A stretch of 63,048 nt of DNA, the filler included, from Bipalium vagum (Eukaryota): assembly GCA_037834085.1 (NCBI GenBank). It is 3 parts of 3 records of this genome, joined end to end, with 100 filler letters (N's around TTAATTAATTAA, not from the genome) between each part and the next. Parts side by side here need not be neighbours in the genome. Positions count along the whole stretch, not along the records: positions 46,940 to 63,048 come from JBBMKC010126718.1; 2 more parts are not named here. One strand, given 5' to 3'. A program made the translations under genes and the position numbers. How positions within the stretch are numbered: the first letter of the stretch is position 1; every line of letters starts with the position of its first letter. The notes under the pieces are model-generated. The model had not been told where the DNA came from. It saw nothing but the letters and a program-made list of their open reading frames with translations, and did not search any database. Of this stretch, positions 61,801-63,048 are shown in pieces.

Positions 61801-62923
61801 CGGAGTCCGACTGCAATTCCAGACTTAAGTCATCACTGAATTCCGAAGCGCCACTTTCATCGGACGATTCCGACCCACCACCAATGACCGATTCGACAGT
61901 CAACAGAAGATCTGTGGGAGAAATCGGAATTTCTTTGCCATCAGGCCACCGAATCACTAGAAGACCATCATTGGGTTCCAGGCGAGTTACGTAACCGGCC
62001 GGGTAGTTCTTGTAGGCCGCTTCCTGTTTAATGAGAACTTCCTGACCCAGCACGAAGTGGTGCTCGTTTAAAGCCGAAATATCGTATACACCGATCTCTT
62101 CGGCTTCCCCCGACTTGATGACACAGGCGACATGGTTGGCCGATTCCGAATTGTTGAGATAATCGAACCATTGAACTTTAGCAACCCGATCCTTGGAATT
62201 GGCACTGAGAACCGTTCCGAAATTGTGCATCTGTCCTTGCTGCTCCGCCAAATGGGGACTGAGTGGATCGAACTTCTGTTCAACAAAGTCACCTGGAAAG
62301 AATTCGTGCTCGTCAATGTTGTACAACTGCGGGTTGAGCTTGGAACTGGGAACGTTATAACTGACCGTGCCGTCTTGCCAGCTCACATCCACCATCGATT
62401 TGGTCAGCAATATTCCAACAGGAACAAAATTGTCCGGTCGAATCCGATTTAGACTCTGTCCGGAGAGAATGTTGAAATGGTTCGGCTGCTTGTCTTTGGC
62501 ACACGGATTTTCTTTTTCCGTACCCTGGTCCAAATTGTTATTATCGTCTCCCAATTCGGTGTCTGATGAAGACAAGTCAGTGGAACTGCTACTGTCACTT
62601 TTTGCCATGGACAAGGATAATATCTGTTTTCGTTTCGTTCGACTCTTGATGTTGCACAGAACCTTTTTTCTTGGCTTCACCACACAACCAGCACAAATCT
62701 GTAGAGAGAGAAACAAGAAAAAAAGCAATCATTAGGCTTATCAATTTTTTATGCTGCACTTTTTTCTCCACAAAAAATTAATACCTGATTGCTTGCCGGA
62801 TGGTTTACTGGAACAGGTTCTGTCACTTTTAGATCGCCTTCTCCAACGATCAATTCAGAGCAGTTATCGATTTCATTATTGATCATTTTATAAACAATAC
62901 TAAATAGCTCATCTTCAGAATCT
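55821..62923 (-). CDS. UBE2O: E2/E3 hybrid ubiquitin-conjugating enzyme UBE2O, 5'-partial; exons 62923-62785, 62698-61746, 60351-60051, 59912-59671, 59308-59143, 59096-58826, 57513-57410, 57341-57014, 56968-56767, 56025-55821
   Basis: CR2-like VDVSWQDGT...DEHEFFPGDFV; UBC domain LLSTSLPRGV...GTPYQHALFFFD...NPNLYTEGRVCLSLLGTW...EPYYNEAG; C-terminal PDFPLAPVSKGF. GT-AG junctions with consistent phases. Confidence 0.92.
57780..58600 (+). mobile_element. Tc1-like transposon remnant in a UBE2O intron
   Basis: GYSQMEISRRL; IFMQDS; SPDLSPLENLW; SADFNPFGNLW; LIRSMPTRIESCLENNGGQIKY. Confidence 0.82.
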
Positions 62924-62977
62924 CTAAAATAATAATGATAAAAATAAAAGTTAATAACTGTATGATTAATCAAAAAA

Positions 62978-62980
<3 letters not shown>

Positions 62981-63048
<68 letters not shown>
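62981..63048. repeat. (TAA)n microsatellite running off the window end
   Basis: Perfect TAA repeats within a UBE2O intron. Confidence 0.97.

Noticed and set aside
1-63048. CRISPR arrays, tRNAs, hammerhead ribozymes
   Set aside because: No regularly spaced repeat-spacer array or cloverleaf seen. The CTGATGA/CTGAAGA hits inspected lacked the paired stems and GAAA. A covariance-model scan would be needed to exclude them fully.

Overview
Very AT-rich animal genomic DNA with GT-AG introns (short ones 45-65 nt) and (AAT)n tracts. A planarian-like invertebrate is plausible but cannot be established from the window. Three contigs are joined by two artificial 100-bp spacers (44N-TTAATTAATTAA-44N) at 27652-27751 and 46840-46939. 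Host genes: RPS6, an intronless glass zinc-finger gene, the HECT half of UBE3B, an MPV17L2-like gene, a homeodomain-type ceramide synthase and most of UBE2O. The rest is decayed mobile DNA (mariner/Tc1, pogo, hAT, Merlin, Gypsy/LTR, a 28S rRNA retrocopy). The main accessory system is a decayed endogenous Polinton/Maverick (adintovirus-like) virus. It has an AGTAGT terminus with an internal fold-back and a protein-primed PolB before spacer 1. After spacer 2 come a parvovirus-type PLA2 domain running into a DDE integrase, a packaging ATPase and a double-jelly-roll capsid gene. Both blocks carry the same 30-nt double-mini-hairpin repeat with covarying stems, the least explained signal in the window. 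All calls come from manual translation and recalled family motifs; no searches were run.
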